Positions 62,134-64,000 of a stretch of DNA of 64,000 nt are shown one piece after another. Position 1 is the stretch's first letter. Each line of letters opens with the position of its first letter. This DNA comes from Actinomycetota bacterium (GTDB lineage Bacteria; Actinomycetota; Thermoleophilia; Gaiellales; F1-60-MAGs149). The DNA is taken from positions 92,407 through 156,406 of the forward strand of contig VFJZ01000007.1 of assembly GCA_009885805.1 (NCBI GenBank), written 5' to 3'. The notes below the pieces were generated by a model. It was given only the letters and a program-made list of their open reading frames with translations. It did no database searches and was not told the DNA's origin. The position numbers and the translations under genes are program-made.

Positions 62134-63513
62134 ATGCGCCTGGCGATCATCGGCGGCGGGCCGGCCGGCTACGCCGCGGCCGCGGCTGCGGCCGCCCGCG
62201 GCGCCGACGTGACCCTGATCGAGGGGCTCGGCCTCGGTGGCAACGCGACGATCTGGGACGCCATCCCGTCGAAGACGCTGCTGTCGACCGCGAACGTGAT
62301 GGCGACCGTGGAGCGCGCGGAGACGCTCGGCATCGAGTTCCAGCACGGTCGGCCGACCGTGGACCTGCTGCGCACCGTCGCCCACGCCCGCTACGTCGCC
62401 GCCCATCAGTCCCGCGGCATCCGCGACCGACTCGAGGGCACCTCCACCACCGTCGTCCACGGTAACGCCCGCATCACCGCGCCCGGCACGATTCTCGTCA
62501 CGAGCGAGGCCGGCGAGCGCGAGGTGACGTACGACCGGCTGCTCGTTGCGACCGGCGCGGCGCCGTGGGAGCCGCCGTTCGCCCAGGTCGATCACGAGCG
62601 CGTCTTCACCCCGCGTGACGTCTTGCGACTGCGGCGGCTCCCCGAGCACCTCCTCGTGGTCGGCGCCGGCGCGACGGGCTGCGAGTATGCCGAGTTCTTC
62701 CTCTCCTGCGGCGTGCGGGTCACGCTGCTCTCGGCCCGCGGGCAGGTGCTGCCGGCGGAGGACCGGGACATCGCGGAGATCGTCGAGGAGACGTTCCTGC
62801 AGCGCGGCTGCGAGCTGCAGTTCGACGCCCGCGTGTCCGACGTCGAGGTGGACGCGGATGGCGTCGCCGTCGTGACGGCCGACGGCCGCCGGTTCGACGG
62901 CTCACACGCCGCCGTCTGCATGGGGATGCGGGCAGCGACCGCCGACCTCGGCCTCGATCTCCTGAACGTCGACCTGGACGAGCGCGGCGCGATCATCACC
63001 GACGGCAACCAATGCACGACGGCGGCGGACGTCTATGCCGCCGGCGACGTCGCAGGCGGCATGATGCTGGCGTCGACCGCCGCGATGCAGGGCCGGCACG
63101 CGGCGTTCCACGCTCTCGGACTGACGACCGTCGCGCTCGAGCTCGGCACCGTCCCGTGGACGATCTTCACGCGGCCCGAGGTTGCGTCGGTCGGCCTGAC
63201 GGCTGGTCAGGCGGGTCTGCAGGGCATCGCCGTGGACGTCACGAAGCACTACCTCGGTGCGAACCCGCGCGGCGTCATCTCCGGCAATCACGAGGGCATG
63301 GTCAAGTTGGTTGCCGACGCGGCGTCCGGCGTGCTGCGGGGAGCGTCGATCGCCGGCTACCGCGCCTCGGAGATGGTCGCGACGCTGGCCCTCGCAGTCC
63401 GGGCCGGGCTGACGGTCGACGCCCTCGCGCAGGCCGGCACGGTGACGCCGTCGATGTCGGAGTCGCTCCAGCGTGCCGCCGAGAAGGCGGCGACGGCGCG
63501 TATGGCCGGCTAG
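62134..63513 (+). CDS. Pyridine nucleotide-disulfide oxidoreductase-fold flavoprotein, Lpd-like but lacking the redox-active CxxxxC (LpdA/NAD(P)H-quinone-reductase-like)
   Basis: The FAD motif is IIGGGPAGY and the NAD motif is VVGAGATGCE. The expected GGTCLNVGCIPSK is replaced by GGNATIWDAIPSK. The C-terminal HPT..E is replaced by TVTPSMSE. Confidence 0.8.
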   Translation: MRLAIIGGGPAGYAAAAAAAARGADVTLIEGLGLGGNATIWDAIPSKTLLSTANVMATVERAETLGIEFQHGRPTVDLLRTVAHARYVAAHQSRGIRDRLEGTSTTVVHGNARITAPGTILVTSEAGEREVTYDRLLVATGAAPWEPPFAQVDHERVFTPRDVLRLRRLPEHLLVVGAGATGCEYAEFFLSCGVRVTLLSARGQVLPAEDRDIAEIVEETFLQRGCELQFDARVSDVEVDADGVAVVTADGRRFDGSHAAVCMGMRAATADLGLDLLNVDLDERGAIITDGNQCTTAADVYAAGDVAGGMMLASTAAMQGRHAAFHALGLTTVALELGTVPWTIFTRPEVASVGLTAGQAGLQGIAVDVTKHYLGANPRGVISGNHEGMVKLVADAASGVLRGASIAGYRASEMVATLALAVRAGLTVDALAQAGTVTPSMSESLQRAAEKAATARMAG

Positions 63514-64000
63514 CCGAGCGCGACGCCCGTCGCGTACATGGCGACGAGCCCGAGGACGGCGCCGCTCAGCACCGGACCGCGCAGCGTCGGGTCGGCGGCT
63601 AGCCGCGGTCTGACGCGACGGGAGATCTCCCACACGACCTGCAGCGCCGCACCGGCGGCCAGGGCGAAGAAGAACACGCCGGTGACGCTGCTGGTGGTGT
63701 ACCCGCCGATCCACGTCCCGGGTACCGCCGGCAGACCGGCGACGGCCGCCAGCAACAGCAGGCGCCAGCGCGACGCGGTCTCCCCTCCACTCGCGATCGG
63801 CGCCGCGATGCCGAGGCCTTCGGTGACGTTGTGGATCATGAAGCCGAGGATCAGGAACGTTCCCAGAGCGGCCTCACCGAGCGCAAACGAGGCGCCGATC
63901 GCAAGGCCCTCGCCGAGGTTGTGGACGCCGATGCCGATCGCGACCATCAGGGCCAGGCCACCGGCCGTCCGCGTCAGCCGTTGCGAAACCCACGCTAGCC
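63510..64000 (-). CDS. ZIP-family metal transporter (5' end lies beyond the window)
   Basis: ZIP signatures are present (GVHNLGEGLAIG, MIHNVTEGLGIA). The ORF is open to the window end. Confidence 0.75.
   Translation of the reverse strand, partial: LAWVSQRLTRTAGGLALMVAIGIGVHNLGEGLAIGASFALGEAALGTFLILGFMIHNVTEGLGIAAPIASGGETASRWRLLLLAAVAGLPAVPGTWIGGYTTSSVTGVFFFALAAGAALQVVWEISRRVRPRLAADPTLRGPVLSGAVLGLVAMYATGVALG

Overview
The window is high-GC (about 70% by eye), gene-dense chromosomal DNA that looks like a Gram-positive-type, Actinomycetota-like organism. Many genes are translationally coupled through ATGA, GTGA or TGATG overlaps. In order, it contains: (1) pstS(partial)-pstC-pstA-pstB-phoU, then a divergent OmpR-type response regulator and histidine kinase pair, a secreted BNR-like protein, a second paralogous response regulator and tRNA-His. 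(2) A conserved housekeeping block: rodZ-like, cinA, recA, recX, rny, miaB, miaA, an EamA transporter, dapD-dapE-dapF-aminotransferase, hflX, dut and a NUDIX gene. (3) A GGDEF diguanylate cyclase gene broken by a 2-bp insertion, followed by gatD-murT. (4) A poorly characterised stretch: a protein made only of homing-endonuclease-associated repeats, a FapA/DUF342-like protein, two unknown small proteins and a polyprenyl-phosphate sugar transferase. (5) A ~14.6 kb flagellar cluster: flgB-flgC-fliE-fliF-fliG-fliH-fliI-fliJ, an SLT+NlpC/P60 hydrolase, fliK-flgD, a TIGR02530-like gene, then flgE-flbD-motA-motB-fliL-fliN-fliO. (6) ctaB with an ABC-2 exporter, a GcvT-like and PhnD-like pair, and a caa3-type oxidase operon ctaC-ctaD-ctaE. 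(7) A LuxR-type regulator, a 740-aa secreted Ig-like protein, a PASTA-only protein, a lytic transglycosylase, a Cys-less Lpd-like flavoprotein and a partial ZIP transporter. The most unusual observation is the FliN homologue. It carries four tandem copies of the FliM/FliY-type CheY-docking peptide (LSxDEIxALI), and fliM is missing from its usual slot between fliL and fliN. No CRISPR array, rRNA, transposase or integrase was seen. Most long ORFs antisense to the genes listed are high-GC shadow ORFs. All family assignments come from motif recognition by eye. No searches were run.
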